The translations under genes and the position numbers were made by a program. The notes under the pieces were generated by a model, which saw only the letters and a program-made list of their open reading frames with translations, was not told the DNA's origin and did no database searches. A stretch of 61,614 bases of DNA, the filler included. It is 11 parts of 11 records of this genome, joined end to end, with 100 filler letters (N's around TTAATTAATTAA, not from the genome) between each part and the next. Parts side by side here need not be neighbours in the genome. Positions count along the whole stretch, not along the records: positions 1 to 5,849 come from SRR7504441_4810; positions 5,950 to 11,742 come from SRR7504441_4820; positions 11,843 to 15,652 come from SRR7504441_4821; 8 more parts are not named here. One strand, given 5' to 3'. Shown piece after piece: positions 1 to 12,159 of this stretch. Position 1 is the first letter of the stretch. Every line of letters starts with the position of its first letter.

Positions 1-1428
1 TGCTTCACCCACGGCGCAGGGGCCTCAAGTACTTCCCGGCCGGGATCAAGGGCAGTGCGCTCCAGACCATCCTGGACGAGCACGAGGAGCGCCGAGGTGC
101 GCGCCCCGAGTTCTGAGCAGCGCCCCTAATTTTGGCCGCAGTCGCCGAGATCGTCGAAGCGGACGGGGCTGAGATGGAGGACCCGCTGGTACGGCTGGTA
201 CCATGGTGGGCCGCTGATCGCCGGGGTGCAGAGGGAGCTCCCAGACGAGGCGCACGCCACTGAGCTGAGCGCCACGCACGAGTCGCTTCATCAGGCGCGG
301 CTGGGGCCGGCAGCTGGGGCTGAGCTGGACCCAGGCGAACGTGGTGGCAGTCAAGTTTAGCCCGCACGACCCCCACCTGCTGGCCAGCGGGGGCGCTGCC
401 TCAAGAGTCGTGCTCTCGGACTTGGAGGGCAACGTGAGCCGGACTCTCGATACCGGAGGGTCGGGCGCGCTCATGTCGCTGGATTTTCACCCCAAAGTGC
501 GAGCCGAGCCACAGTGTACCTGACTGGGCCGCAGGACCCGCGGTGGCTGCTCTCCTCTTACATGGACGGTTCGCACGCGATCAGCGACGTGACCAACGGC
601 GGGCTGGTGCAGCACTTCAAGGACCACCAGAAGTGCGCTGCCTGGCGCTGGCCCCGCGAGGTTGGCTGGGCAGGTTTGTGACTAAGGTCGCCTGGTCGGC
701 GTGTGGGAGCATGTTTGCCTCGTGCTCGCACGACTGCACGGTCAAGATCTACAAGCCCGCCGAGCAGGGTGACCAGCCGACCTCGAGCCGTGTGGGCGAG
801 TTTAGTTGTGCAGGCGAATGGGCGGTGGCCGCGACCCACAGCTTTAGTGGGATAGCGGAAACCATGTGCTTTGGGGAAGGCGCGCTGGTTGTGTCGGTCC
901 GAGACGATCACCGGCTGCACTACATCGACCTAGCCACTGGCCAGGTGGACGCACTGGCTTGGGAGCTGTGCTGACAGCAGAGCTAGGTTTCTCATCAGAA
1001 TACGTCCAATATCGAGAATGACACGCATCTTTGGTGCTCTGTGCTTGACCTGTCGCTCTCCCCGTGCGGCGGTTACCTGCTGCTATGCACGGACAAGAAC
1101 AAGAACGTCGTAATGCCGTTCAAGGGGCCGGCAAAGCACGTCAGGTGCCTGTACGGCGCTGTGAACGACCAGGTATTATCCGCTGCCTGTTCTGTAATTC
1201 ACCGTGTGCTGGCAGCTCTCTACGCCACGTGCCGTGTGGAGTCCGCAAGGCCGGAACGTGTACTGCACCTCGCAAGACTACAGTGTGATGGTGTGGGACG
1301 TGTCCAACCAGGAGGTGCTGGGCCAGCTGAAGGGACACACCAAGACTGTGCGAGCGATCGACCACCACCCGACCAAATCGATGCTCGCCTCGTGCTCTTT
1401 CGACAAGTCAGTTCGGCTATGGATTTAA
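1..1428 (+). CDS. WD40-repeat protein, multi-exon, 5'-partial
   Basis: ORF pieces 341-523, 543-974, 1041-1451 and 1204-1428 join through short introns (e.g. 295-334, 497-534, 1173-1215). The spliced product has WD repeats such as FASCSHDCTVKIY and LKGHTKTVRAIDHHPTKSMLASCSFDKSVRLW. Confidence 0.85.
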
Positions 1429-1733
1429 AGCAACATAACTACTTGTATTGAGAACGCCACTAGGAACCCACGTGCCGCACTCTTATAAACTATAAACTCT
1501 TAAGTAGCCGCGTTTTATAAACACAAATAAACTGATCTCGAAACAATGTCATGTTCATGCATTTGACCGTTTTGTACAATCATGTACACGAACGTGCAAA
1601 TCAGACACAAACGATTCACTTGTTGGGCGAAGCATTAGGAGACTGATTCCAATCCTCCGCTGGCTCGGTGCCACGACCACCGCCAAACAACAACAGCGGT
1701 GCCCCTGCATAAGCAATCAGTCAGAGCAAACAA

Positions 1734-4642
1734 TTACATTTGGCTTAGGCTCGCACCAAGGTGCAGCTTCTCCTCATCTGTGAGGAACCGGCTTATGGTG
1801 TTCCGAGCTGACTCCTTGGTGCCCTTCAGCATCGCAAATAGCTCGTCGACCATTTCCTGGATCATGCTCCTCGCATAATCTGGCATGTTTTTCAGGTGAA
1901 CCATCGCGAGCTGCTGGCACATCTTCCTGCATCGGTCCACACCTTTCGCAAGCTCCCACACGTGTGTGATAAACGCTAGCCTCGGCGCCACCCCCGTTTC
2001 GCCTGTATTGTTGTCCACAAACTGGTCTTCAATCTCCTTCAGCGCAGCTTCTAGCTTCTCGCTCTTGAGCCGAGCTTTAGTGAGCTCAGCACGGAGCTTG
2101 TTGGTGCCCTCGCCCTTTTGCACTGGGCTGCCCATGCTGCCCCGCCTCCCTGACTGCGCTAGCTGGACTTGGCTCTTCTGGGAAATCAGGCTCTCGTGCT
2201 CCCTCTCTAACTGCGAGTAGGCCATTTCTAGCACATCCACCTTGTCCACCAGCTGCGCGATCTGCTCCTGCGACTCGGCATCCTTCCGACGCAGCCCTGC
2301 CAGCTCCGCGTTTGCTTTCAGACGCTCAGCTTTGTAAGTGTCAGCAGCCTCTGTCCTCATCAGCTGCTCCTCGAATGCGCTCTCCGCGAGCGCCATGGCG
2401 TCGCGGGTGGCCTGCTGCTGGCTGTCGCACTTCTGTCTGGCGGCGGCCAACGCCTGCTCAGACTTCATGAGCTGCTGCTTGAAGCAAGCGATCGCAGCCT
2501 CAGCTGCCGACATCGCCTCTACCGAGCCATGCTGCTGCTTCTCGCACTTGGACCGAGCAGCGGTTAGGTCGCCCTCGAGCTGCGTCAGCTGGTCTCGGTA
2601 CGCCCCCTCCAGCGCCACCGCTGAGGCCTGCTTCAAATCGTACTTCTGCTCGGCCATTGCTGCCACCGAGGACAGCTCCTCTCGCTCTTGGGCAAGTCGA
2701 TGTACCCTGTCTGCCGCGGCCTTGGCCGTGTTTTCATACTCTGCGAGCCTTTCGTGCCACTGTTTCTGCTCGGCTAGCCAAGCGTTTTCGCAGTCCTGCC
2801 ATACCTTCTGCTTCCCGGCCCAGAGCGACTCAGACTGTTCGTAGGCACACACACAGGCCTCCAACCGGCGCACTTCACCCGCCAGCCTCTGCATCTGACC
2901 ATCCGCCTGCGCGCACCCGTGAGCGGCCAATCGAGCTGGGCTGGCACCTCGGCCGCCTCCTGCCCAGCCTTGTGCAGCCGCTCGTCGCGCTCTTTTATCA
3001 AAGCCTCGAGCTTGTCTGTCTGCTGCTTGGCAGCCTTGGCAGAGAGCTCATGGTGCTCTCGCTGCTCGGCGAGCGCCTGGACGTGCTCGTCCCTCTCCAC
3101 CTGCAAGTGCCGCACGGCCTTCTGGATTGCTTCAGCCCGAGTATCTTGCTCTATCGACAGCCTCTCCTCGACGTCCTCGTTGATGCCCCGGGTTCTGATG
3201 AGCTCCAAATGCTCCGCATCAGACCGGCGCTTGGCCGCATCCTCCAGCTCCACCACCCGCTCTAGCAGCGTATCGTTCTCCTCCCGCAGCATCCGAACCC
3301 GCTGCGCCAGCCGGGTCGCTGAATCCTCTTCAGTCAGCTCAAGCCTGGATGTCTCGAGCCCCTCTGAGGGCAGACCTCGCTGGAGCTCAAACACATTGAG
3401 CGTCTTGTCGCTGCCCGAGATGCTCCACACCTGGTGCTTCTCCAGCCGCTGTGCCGGGGCCAGTCCGGAGATGTAGCCTTTGTGGTGCTCCAACACCTGA
3501 AGACACTGCCCCGCCACGTCCCACACCCGGATGCTCTTGTCCATCGAGCCAGACAGCATCAGACCAAGCGCCCGCAGCAGCTGGAGCGCCGTCACGTGCC
3601 CAGTGTGCCCGGTGAGCACTCGCTTGCTCGTCCCGTCCGACCATTCCCAACACCGGATCGCGCAATCAGCCCCTCCCGACCACATCTCCGCGCTGCGATC
3701 CCCGGGCGAGGCCATTGCGAGCACACCCCCAGCGTGGCCCTTCCAGACTTGCAGCCTCTCAGCCGTCTCCAAGTCGTGTACCTGCCCCTGGCGCTCGGGC
3801 TTGGCACGCCACACGGCCCACCTGGATGCTGCAGTCATCGCTCCCGGAGAAAAGACAGCCCTGAAGCACACACAGGCAGCGCACGCCCCCAGTGTGATCC
3901 GGGAACCGCCGGAACGGATCCCCGGTGCGCACGTCCCATTCGATGACCTGACGGGCAGGGTGTGAGGCAGCGGAGGGCAGAGTCTCACCACAAAGTCGTT
4001 CGAGCCACTGTACACGTACCCACCGGCTTGCACCATGCAGTGGACCCCACCCGTGTGCGCCGCGAGCGTGCCCACTCGGGCCAGACTCACCGGGTGCATC
4101 ACCCGTATCAGCCCCTTGCTCGTGCCCACCCAGACCGTGCTATCGGACCCCAACTGCTGGTTCACCTGCCGGCGCTCGCCCTGCAGCCCGCCGCCCCGGG
4201 CCACCTGGAGCAGCGACCAGCAGAACTCCTGCACCGCTTCCTGCGTGGTCCGCTGCTTGCCGCCCCCCACCATCGAGCCCCGCCCGCTGGCGGCGTCATC
4301 CCCCCGGAACGCCTCAATCCACCCGTCCTCGTTCACCTGCCGCTCCCAGTGGGCCCAGCGGCGTGGCCGGCGCACCGCTCCGGTGGTCGGGTCCCGTATG
4401 GTGATCGAACCGTCCCGCTCACCGCACCACATCGTGGGCCCGGCCAGCCCCGACACCATCGTCATGCAGCGCAGCGCGGCCGACTCGCTGCGGGCGCTGC
4501 GGTAGCGAAGCCCGGCCAGGCCAGGCTTGGGCCGAGTCCGCGAGACCCGCAGGTCCGCCGCGCTCAGCTGGCCCGAGGCGTCCGGTTCGAGTGGAGGAAT
4601 TGCCGCCCCGAGAGCCGCCGAGATGATCTCAGCCGCTTCCAT
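1734..4642 (-). CDS. WD40-repeat protein with long C-terminal coiled coil, multi-exon
   Basis: WD repeats (GHAGGV...WSGGADCAIRCW; GHTGHVTAL...SGSMDKSIRVWD) followed by an E/Q/A/K-rich heptad region (ORF 1734-2930). Start placed at ATG 4642 (MEAAEII) to avoid overlapping the SDR gene. Confidence 0.8.
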
Positions 4643-4703
4643 CCTCTGCTGTATCAAAACTCCATCAAAGATCAAAGGTCCGTTGTCGCTCGGCCTGCCG
4701 GAC

Positions 4704-5621
4704 ATGCCGGGGCTGGGGCTGGTCGGCGCGATACTCGGGACGGTGGTGCTCATCACGCCCAACCTGGACGGCCAGTTGATGCTGGACCGCCTGCTCTACC
4801 CCGCCCAGCCGATGCGCTGCGCCGGGAGCCAAGCGCTGGTGGTGCTCACGGGGGCGAGCACCGGGATAGGGCGGGACGCGGCGCTCGAGCTGGTCAGGCG
4901 GGGCTTCACTGTCCTGGGCACCGTCCGCAAGCCAGCAGATGCAGCAAATCTGACCCAGGCGGCCTCGGGGGCGGCGGGGCGGCTGCTGCCGGTGATATGC
5001 GACGTGAGGGACGACCAGTCTGTGCAGCGGCTCAAGGCCAATGTCACCGCTCTCAGGGGCCAGGGCAAGCGGCTGATCGGGCTGGTGAACAACGCGGGGG
5101 TGAGCGCGAGGCATGGGTACGATGACTTTGTGTCCGGGAAGGCGGCGGAGGACGCGGCCTGGATGAGCGCGGTTAACCAAGTCGGGATCGTCCGGACCAC
5201 CGGCGCCCTGCTCCCTGCGCTCAGCGCGGACGCGGCCGAGTGTGGGAGCGCGCGGATCGTGAATGTGGGCTCGTTGGCTGGGTACGTTGCTGCGGCTGAG
5301 TCGGTGGTGTACTCAAGTACGAAAGGGGCGGTCGAGAGAATGAGTGACGGGCTTCGGAGGCTGCTGGCCGGACGGAAGATCTGGGTTTCGATCATCCAAC
5401 CGGGCTTCGTGGAGAGCGAGATGTGTAACCGCGCGCAGTGCAAGGGGACGGTGCCGAGCGACACGACCACACCGGCTATCTTGCATGCGCTGGTGGACAG
5501 CAGGCCGAGGACGCGGTATGGGGTGGCGGGGGCGGCCGGATTCCCAACCTGGATGATCAGGAGCATGATGAGTCACTTGCACGACTGCGTGACCGACCTG
5601 ATCATCAGCACCTTCTCCTGA
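4704..5621 (+). CDS. Short-chain dehydrogenase/reductase (SDR) with N-terminal signal or anchor
   Basis: Rossmann motif VVLTGASTGIG, NNAG, catalytic YSSTK (YxxxK) and IQPG. Hydrophobic N-terminus from ATG 4704. Confidence 0.92.
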   Translation: MPGLGLVGAILGTVVLITPNLDGQLMLDRLLYPAQPMRCAGSQALVVLTGASTGIGRDAALELVRRGFTVLGTVRKPADAANLTQAASGAAGRLLPVICDVRDDQSVQRLKANVTALRGQGKRLIGLVNNAGVSARHGYDDFVSGKAAEDAAWMSAVNQVGIVRTTGALLPALSADAAECGSARIVNVGSLAGYVAAAESVVYSSTKGAVERMSDGLRRLLAGRKIWVSIIQPGFVESEMCNRAQCKGTVPSDTTTPAILHALVDSRPRTRYGVAGAAGFPTWMIRSMMSHLHDCVTDLIISTFS

Positions 5622-5849
5622 GCCTTCCGCGCAGCCATCTATTAGTTGTGATGAGCTAGTTGATACTATATTAATACAACACTCTGTGCATGCGCAATAA
5701 GTGCTTGACGAACAGAGATGAATGTGCAGCGGATTGGCGACCTAATCAATGGAATCTAAATACCAGATTGTAGCGACGGCCTTTCAATTTCATTAAAATA
5801 AAAAAGGGTCGCACTTACTCGATTATACTAAGCCTTAATTTGCACCTCT

Positions 5850-5949
5850 NNNNNNNNNNNNNNNNNNNNNNNNNNNNNNNNNNNNNNNNNNNNTTAATTA
5901 ATTAANNNNNNNNNNNNNNNNNNNNNNNNNNNNNNNNNNNNNNNNNNNN
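5850..5949. other. Artificial contig spacer N44-TTAATTAATTAA-N44 (first of ten)
   Basis: The same 100-nt six-frame-stop linker recurs at 11743-11842, 15653-15752, 19300-19399, 22913-23012, 36429-36528, 43071-43170, 47519-47618, 53946-54045 and 57153-57252. Confidence 0.99.
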
Positions 5950-6033
5950 GTCGTGCCAGGTGACCGAACAGGTCGAGCTCGCGCCCCGAGGCTCCTCGCC
6001 GCCCACCGGCGCGTACCGGTGCTGCCCTGGCAT
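5950..6033 (-). CDS. Probable 5' end of a gene truncated by the contig edge
   Basis: ATG at 6033 opens MPGQHRYAPVGGEEPRGASSTCSVTWHD into the gap, head-to-head with the TMEM45-like gene. No family assignable. Confidence 0.3.
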
Positions 6034-6095
6034 CGCGAGGGCGAGTCAAAAAGATCGGTTGGGCTTTTGTTGTGGGCGCCGGGTTGCCTTCTCTG

Positions 6096-6175
6096 AGCCT
6101 GCTCAGCCGGCCCGCACCGGCCGTCAGCCGGGCTTTAGCCTGCTCAGCCGGCCTGCACCGGCCGTCAGCCGGGCT
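6096..6175. repeat. Tandem duplication, 41-nt period, two copies
   Basis: agcctgctcagccggcc(c/t)gcaccggccgtcagccgggct at 6096-6134 and 6137-6175, one mismatch. Confidence 0.9.
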
Positions 6176-6243
6176 GTGGGTGCGGCTTGCGCCTGGCATT
6201 GCTGTCCGGCTGGGCCAGGACCTTGCGGATCCAGAGCGTTGGG

Positions 6244-7110
6244 ATGGTGGCGGGCAACGGTACGGCTGCGGGGCATGTCTTCCCCGGGCTGGTCTTGGCT
6301 TGCACCGGGCTCTGGTGGTCGACCGCCGCCGCCGCACACGCGGTGGCCGGCAGACCTGGCCCGGCCCCGCTGCTGCCGCCGGCTGGCGGTGTTTGGATCA
6401 TGCTGTTCGCAGGCGCTGGGGTGATCCCTGACGCAATGCTCAGCTTGACGGCCAGTGAACCGCTCGATCACTTGATCCACGCCAGCTTCCACCTGTGCTT
6501 CTTCTGCGCCGGGCTGGCCAGCTGGCAGGAGCAGCGCCGCCGGCTGGCAAGTGGCAGCACACACTGCGCGCTGGCGCTGGCGTTTGGGCTGGAGGCGCTC
6601 ATGCTGGTGTGGCATAGGACCAACAGCGAGCCTGAGCAGGCCGGGCACCAGCTGCTGGCGGCGGCGGCGGCCGGCACGGGGCTGCTACTGTTGGCCGAAC
6701 TCGGGACGCCCCGGGGGCTGCCCGGCCGGCTACTGCCGCACGCACGGGCGCTTCTCACCTGTGTCCAGGGCAGCTGGTTCATCGTGCTGGCGGTGCTCTT
6801 CTGGAGCTCGGCAATACCGGACTGGCTGCAACGGGATCGGGCCGGGATAGCGCTTCTATTCTGTTGGACCTGTCTGGCCGTTGGGGTCGGATTTGGGATC
6901 GTGGCAAATTGGGTGGTGCCTCGGCTAAAGTCGGCAGCACAGCCGGATTTCAAGCGAGTCGCGGAACAGGAGGCGGATGAGCTGCCGCTGCAGGACGTGC
7001 GCGACGACAACGAGGCGTGCTTTGCTGATGAGTCTGATTTTGACATTGATTACGTGTGGCTCGAAGCCGATGAATTCTGTCCACTGTCCTCAATAATAAA
7101 CGCAACTTAA
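6244..7110 (+). CDS. TMEM45/DUF716-family multi-pass membrane protein
   Basis: N-terminal GHVFPG motif, about 7 hydrophobic segments, conserved His residues, and AFGLEALMLVWH and QGSWF motifs typical of TMEM45. Confidence 0.75.
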   Translation: MVAGNGTAAGHVFPGLVLACTGLWWSTAAAAHAVAGRPGPAPLLPPAGGVWIMLFAGAGVIPDAMLSLTASEPLDHLIHASFHLCFFCAGLASWQEQRRRLASGSTHCALALAFGLEALMLVWHRTNSEPEQAGHQLLAAAAAGTGLLLLAELGTPRGLPGRLLPHARALLTCVQGSWFIVLAVLFWSSAIPDWLQRDRAGIALLFCWTCLAVGVGFGIVANWVVPRLKSAAQPDFKRVAEQEADELPLQDVRDDNEACFADESDFDIDYVWLEADEFCPLSSIINAT

Positions 7111-7185
7111 ATACTAGACACATGGCTTACTTTCCATATAGATCAGTTATAATGTTACACGTGGTTTTCATTCAGGTCTAGATCT

Positions 7186-7208
7186 CCTAACCCTAACCCT
7201 AACCCTAA
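7186..7208. repeat. Interstitial telomere-type repeat (CCCTAA)n, ~3.8 copies
   Basis: cctaaccctaaccctaaccctaa between two tandem + strand genes. Confidence 0.9.
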
Positions 7209-7317
7209 AGATTTTAGCGGGTCGGTGCGCGGTCGCGGAAAAGCTGATTGGATTGGCGGATCACTGCTTGCTGCGCCTGCGCCAGGAAACAACTGGCACG
7301 CTGGTGCTCAGATCGGG

Positions 7318-8397
7318 ATGACCCCGCTGGAGAGGCGGCGTCGGAGGCTCGAGCAGGAGGAGCAGGCGGAGGCGCTGCGCCGCGAGCAGGAGCAACGACC
7401 GGACAACAGCACGGCCGAGCACTGGGCCGAGCGTAGCCCAGTGGCCGGCTGGGCGGGCGCGCTGGCCTCTGGGGACGGCTGCGGCGCCTCGCGGGAGGAG
7501 CTGGAGGCGGTTCAGGCCCAGTGCGAGCTGGTGTACAAGTACACCATCGACACGCAGTGGATGCAGGCCGACCGGCAGCCCCGGTGCCTGCTGGAGCGGC
7601 TGGCGCTGGAGGTTTTCCAATTCCACGCCGGGGGACATCAGTTCGACCCCTCCCGCTCCGGGGCCGAGTGGTGGGTCCAGGCCAGGGACCACCTGTTCAG
7701 GGGGGCTGACAACCGAGCCGGGATACACTGGCACTGGGACTTTGACACCCGGCTAGCGATCGAGCACAAGCAGCGGCGGTATCCTGTCTACGCCACAGTG
7801 ACGTACTTGAGCGACGACGGCGCGCCCACCATGATACTTGCCGACCAGCACAGCTACTGCTCCACACCGTACGCCGGCCGGCACATTGTGTTCAGAGGGA
7901 GCATGCTCCACGGCGGACCCGACACGCTCAGCGACACTGCGCTTCCGTACACTCGCGTGACGCTGCTAGTGAATATCTGGCTTGACCACCAGCCAGGCGA
8001 TGCCAGCCCGCTTGCCGACTCAGTAGTGCGCGTGCTGGCTGGAGAGCCTGCCGGCCCGGAGATGCAAGTCTTCCAGAAGCGCGAGCTGACCACCCGCTGT
8101 GAGCTTGCTCTATTGGAGAGGATCAAGTTTGCGCCGGTGCACAGGCTGAGTGAGAAAGCCGTGAGTCGGGAGGAGGCCGAGTACGGGTTGGTGCAGAGGA
8201 CGGCGCTGAGCTGTGGGTCGAAAGCTCGGCTGCAGATGCGGCTGCCTTCGGTATGTGCAATTGCAAGATTGCGGGACGAAGCAAGGATGCTGAGAATCGA
8301 CTTGGCTGAGGAGTGCAAACTGGTCCAGGCAGAGCACCCCGCAGAGCATTATGATCTGAATGACTATCATGGGCAGCGATGTCTCATCAACAAGTAG
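7318..8397 (+). CDS. 2OG-Fe(II) oxygenase-like protein
   Basis: GAEWWVQ, HWD (HxD), ATVTYL, GAPT and distal FRGSMLHG supply a His-x-Asp...His triad. RVTLLVNIW supplies a candidate 2OG-binding Arg. Confidence 0.7.
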   Translation: MTPLERRRRRLEQEEQAEALRREQEQRPDNSTAEHWAERSPVAGWAGALASGDGCGASREELEAVQAQCELVYKYTIDTQWMQADRQPRCLLERLALEVFQFHAGGHQFDPSRSGAEWWVQARDHLFRGADNRAGIHWHWDFDTRLAIEHKQRRYPVYATVTYLSDDGAPTMILADQHSYCSTPYAGRHIVFRGSMLHGGPDTLSDTALPYTRVTLLVNIWLDHQPGDASPLADSVVRVLAGEPAGPEMQVFQKRELTTRCELALLERIKFAPVHRLSEKAVSREEAEYGLVQRTALSCGSKARLQMRLPSVCAIARLRDEARMLRIDLAEECKLVQAEHPAEHYDLNDYHGQRCLINK

Positions 8398-8538
8398 CAA
8401 ATGACTTACTATATAATTACAGTGAAGTTCAGTCGGTGAATTTGTACATACATGATTGTGGCCGGCCATGTAGAATTTATATTCGACAATACCGGTACTC
8501 GTATTTGATTTGCTATGTCACTCACCACCGCGTCATGG

Positions 8539-11500
8539 TCACCCGTTCGGATCGTTATCATCGGCGCCTAGGAGTTGAACATACGCAGGAGCACGACTGG
8601 CCATCAGCTGCTCGTGTGTCCCCTGCCGAGTGGGCAGCCTCAGGCCCAGTGGGCGAAGGCAACCACCTGGTGCTTGACGTTCCCACTGTCCAGCACAACA
8701 ATATGGTCCATGAACCGTGCCATTTCCTGCGGCAGACACTGATCAAACGCTGCAGCTTGGCAAGACGGACCACTTCGTGCGTGACCAGTATCAGTGTCAT
8801 GTTATGCCCTCGAATAAACTGGAGCAGCTTGGGCAGAATCACCTAGTTTCGGGCTCAAGGTGAGCGCTGGCCACACAAGCCTCGCGCTTCTTGACAGCGT
8901 CCATTTGCCCAAACGCCTCATCGAGTATCACAATTGAAGCAGACTTACGCAAGAGCACCCTGCATCATCGGCCATGAACAGAGCGCTCGCGAGCCAGCCA
9001 TCACCGTGCCAGCGCCACCGACTGCACCATGCCCCCCGAGAGCAACGCCCCTCCGGAGCCGGTCTCACGGTCAAGGATCTCCCGCGATCCAGGCAAACTG
9101 TCGGACTGCCCGCGCCAGCTAGCCGAGTGCTTCTCCAGTCCCGCCTGGGGGATCAGCCTGTCCGAAACAGGTCAAAACAAAGCACCTGAACCGCCCGACA
9201 ACGGACCTGCCCGCTATGCATTGCCGGCAGCCGACTGCGCTCTTGGCGATGTGCCTATGCTCAATCACATGGCCCCCAGCTGCCAAACCAAGCACTCACA
9301 GTGCAGCCCAGGATGAAAGCCGACCTGACTTTGAGCCTGGTAGTAGCGATGCCGCGGCATGAAACCTGCGGCGACAGAGGCAACGGAAAGCCTGAGTCTG
9401 CTGCACAGAACAGTTGGCTAGAGCCGGACTAACACACACACCGGGCCTGGCACACTGCTGTTGTCAACAGAGAACAGCCCGGCTGCTGAGGCCGCTTCTA
9501 GCACTTCTGCATAGCTCGCTGCAGGGTTTGCCACCTAAAGCGAGACTCAGCTCTCTCGCGCCCAATGGCCACTTACAGCGATGTTTTCATACACTGTGCC
9601 CGGAAAGATGTACGGTCTCTGCAGGCACCATCCACTTACTGGCTGCCCAGAAAGCTGAGTACCGACCTGTGAGACATAAGAGACGAGCGATCGGAGAGCT
9701 GTCCGCGAGACTTGCTCGTACGGCATCCCGTTCAGCTGGAGCCGGCCGCGAGCGAGCTTCGTCTGGAGCTTGCATACGAGCTGAAGCAGCGTTGACTTAC
9801 CACACCTAAAACCCGGCTCAGGTAAAGAGCAGGGGAGTGCACCCGTTGCGGCCCAGCAAGGCGTAGGTGGTACACGCCCTGAAGAAGATGGTGGCTGTAA
9901 AGTCAAGAGCTGGCGGGTTTGGAGGCGCTGTGGGATCTAGCTGCGGGTAACTGCCAGCGCCAGCTCAGTCGCTGGGCACAGCCTCAGGCCACCTGAAGCA
10001 AACATCGTGCACGCTAATCTGCCTGAACGGCCGGACATCAGTGAGCAGAGTGCGGTCTTCGGACATGAAATTTGGGATCTTGAGCAGCCTGATGATCTTG
10101 GACTGATCGCGGATCGAACTGTACCTGCCCAGCCGCCTCCGAGCGACAAGGCTGGCCCGCACCCGGTGGACAAGTTACGTAGGATCTTGAGCCCCAGTCG
10201 GGCCACATGCCCCACGTCAGCCGATATCCTGGAGTACTGGGCGTAACTCAGGTGCTTGCTCCGCATCGTGTGATGGACCACCCAAACCTCTGAGGCGTAG
10301 TCCAGCAGCTCTCGATTAGTCAGTGTATTCAGCACCTGAAACAACACAAATCACAACCAATCAGCCCGGCCGACTCGCCTTGGTAGCATACACGTTCAGC
10401 CCGTGCTTACTCTCCAGCTCGTGCTCGGTCAAAGCGTCATGTGCCGCCAGCTGCGACTGTTGGATTGTATTCACCTACTCTCCATCGTGCCCGGCCGTCC
10501 TCTCCGGCCCACCTGGATCTCTGCTAGCCCCTCCGATATCCCCCGGAGCAGCTGCGAGCTCTCCCGCTGGTTCTGTTTAACTATCTTATGCTCCCTTCTA
10601 TCCCTGCCCGCCGGCTCGCCCGGCCCCCGCCGGACCGCTGACCAAAGCCGGTATTTGAACGACTCAAGAGCTTGCGACAGCACCCCAACTAGCACAGGCC
10701 TGATCAACACCAGAGGGTCGATCCGGTCTCTAATCCGGAGCAGCCCAGCCCCCTCGACCAGCAGCGTGTACGCCGCCCCAGCCAGCGTGGGCAGTGTGAA
10801 TGAGACCTGTCCTTAGTCCAGCCTGAGCGGTGGGTGCGGCCGGACCAGCTGCATTGTCTTGTTAATGTCCTGCATCACCCGCGCCTCCAGCGAGCTGGCC
10901 CCATCCTCGCCCACAATGTGCTCCAGCTCGCCTGGCACAAGTCAACACCGGCCGGCTCACGGACCGACCTATCTCTGAGTGCAGCAATTTCTCAAGAACC
11001 ATCCGCCGCACCAGACAGCCCTGCGCATGAGACAGCCTCTGCTGCATCTGCCCGCAGGCTGACGCACGACCATCCAGCCGGCGCCTGGAATCGGAAGGTG
11101 GAGAGCAGTGCGTAGAGCACAGTGAGGACGGCGTACTCGCGCACCAGCCCCAGGTGGAATGATGCAGACTGCACCTGCCCGCCGAGCTTCAGGCGACCGC
11201 CGGCCAGGCCGAGGGACCATCCGGGCGTTGATGTTGGTCTTGGTCTGCCGGAGCCGCTGGGCGATCTTGCGCTGGGAGAGCCAGTACACACTGGCCGGGC
11301 CGGTGGGCCTGGGGACGGGGCAGGCCGCACGGCAGGCTGTCCAGGAGCAGCGGGTAGCCATAGTTGAAGAAGAGCGACCAGAAGAGCTGGGCGCTGCCCG
11401 GCCGGCTGGCCACTGGCAGGGCGGTGGCACCACCGGTTATGCCGCCAGAGGTACTGGTACACCAGCAGCACCGGCATGTTGACCAGCCGGTCGCGCCAGC

Positions 11501-11650
11501 TCAGCGCAGCCTGCCGCCCGAGCTCGCAGGGCGGGTGGGCGGTGGGGCCTTTTTGCGCCGGGTGACCGCGCTCACCAGCGGGATCCGGCTCCGGCGGGCC
11601 CGCCCCCGGTGCTGGCCGCCCCCCAGCACACCGATGACCTGATCCAGCAT
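8539..11650 (-). CDS. ABC transporter (single TMD-NBD), intron-rich
   Basis: Spliced Walker A GRNG|CGKST, Q-loop YVSQ|RPYIFPGTVYENI, signature LSGGMVQSVALAR, Walker B IVILDEAFGQMD, H-switch LILVTH and terminal GTHEQL. Hydrophobic exons lie upstream. Start codon is tentative. Confidence 0.82.
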
Positions 11651-12159
11651 GGTCTCGAGAGATCTGTGTGCACACTGCACACACTGCAGTGCAGTGGGTC
11701 TGTGGGAGCCGCTGAGAGGCACCTTCACGAGTCTTGAGGACTNNNNNNNNNNNNNNNNNNNNNNNNNNNNNNNNNNNNNNNNNNNNTTAATTAATTAANN
11801 NNNNNNNNNNNNNNNNNNNNNNNNNNNNNNNNNNNNNNNNNNGCAAAATAGTGTGCATTATCAACTGGCCGCGAGCGGCGGAGCGGAGCCAACTGGTACC
11901 GGTGCATGATCGTTGTCCAGTTGGTTATAGCTGGTACCGGTCTGATAGATGATCAGCGGGGCGAGTTCCCACAGGAACACAGACCTGCCTCGCCGAGGCT
12001 TACCCATGCATGCCAGCTAATAACATCCCAGCGCCGGCCTTCCATTTACTTCCATAGAAGCCATGGCCACCCAACTGTAGCTGGCAAGTTAGCAAGTTCG
12101 ATTCGGGCACCCCGCACATCAACTGACTGCGCACGCGGGCAGCGAGCTCGAACTTGTCC

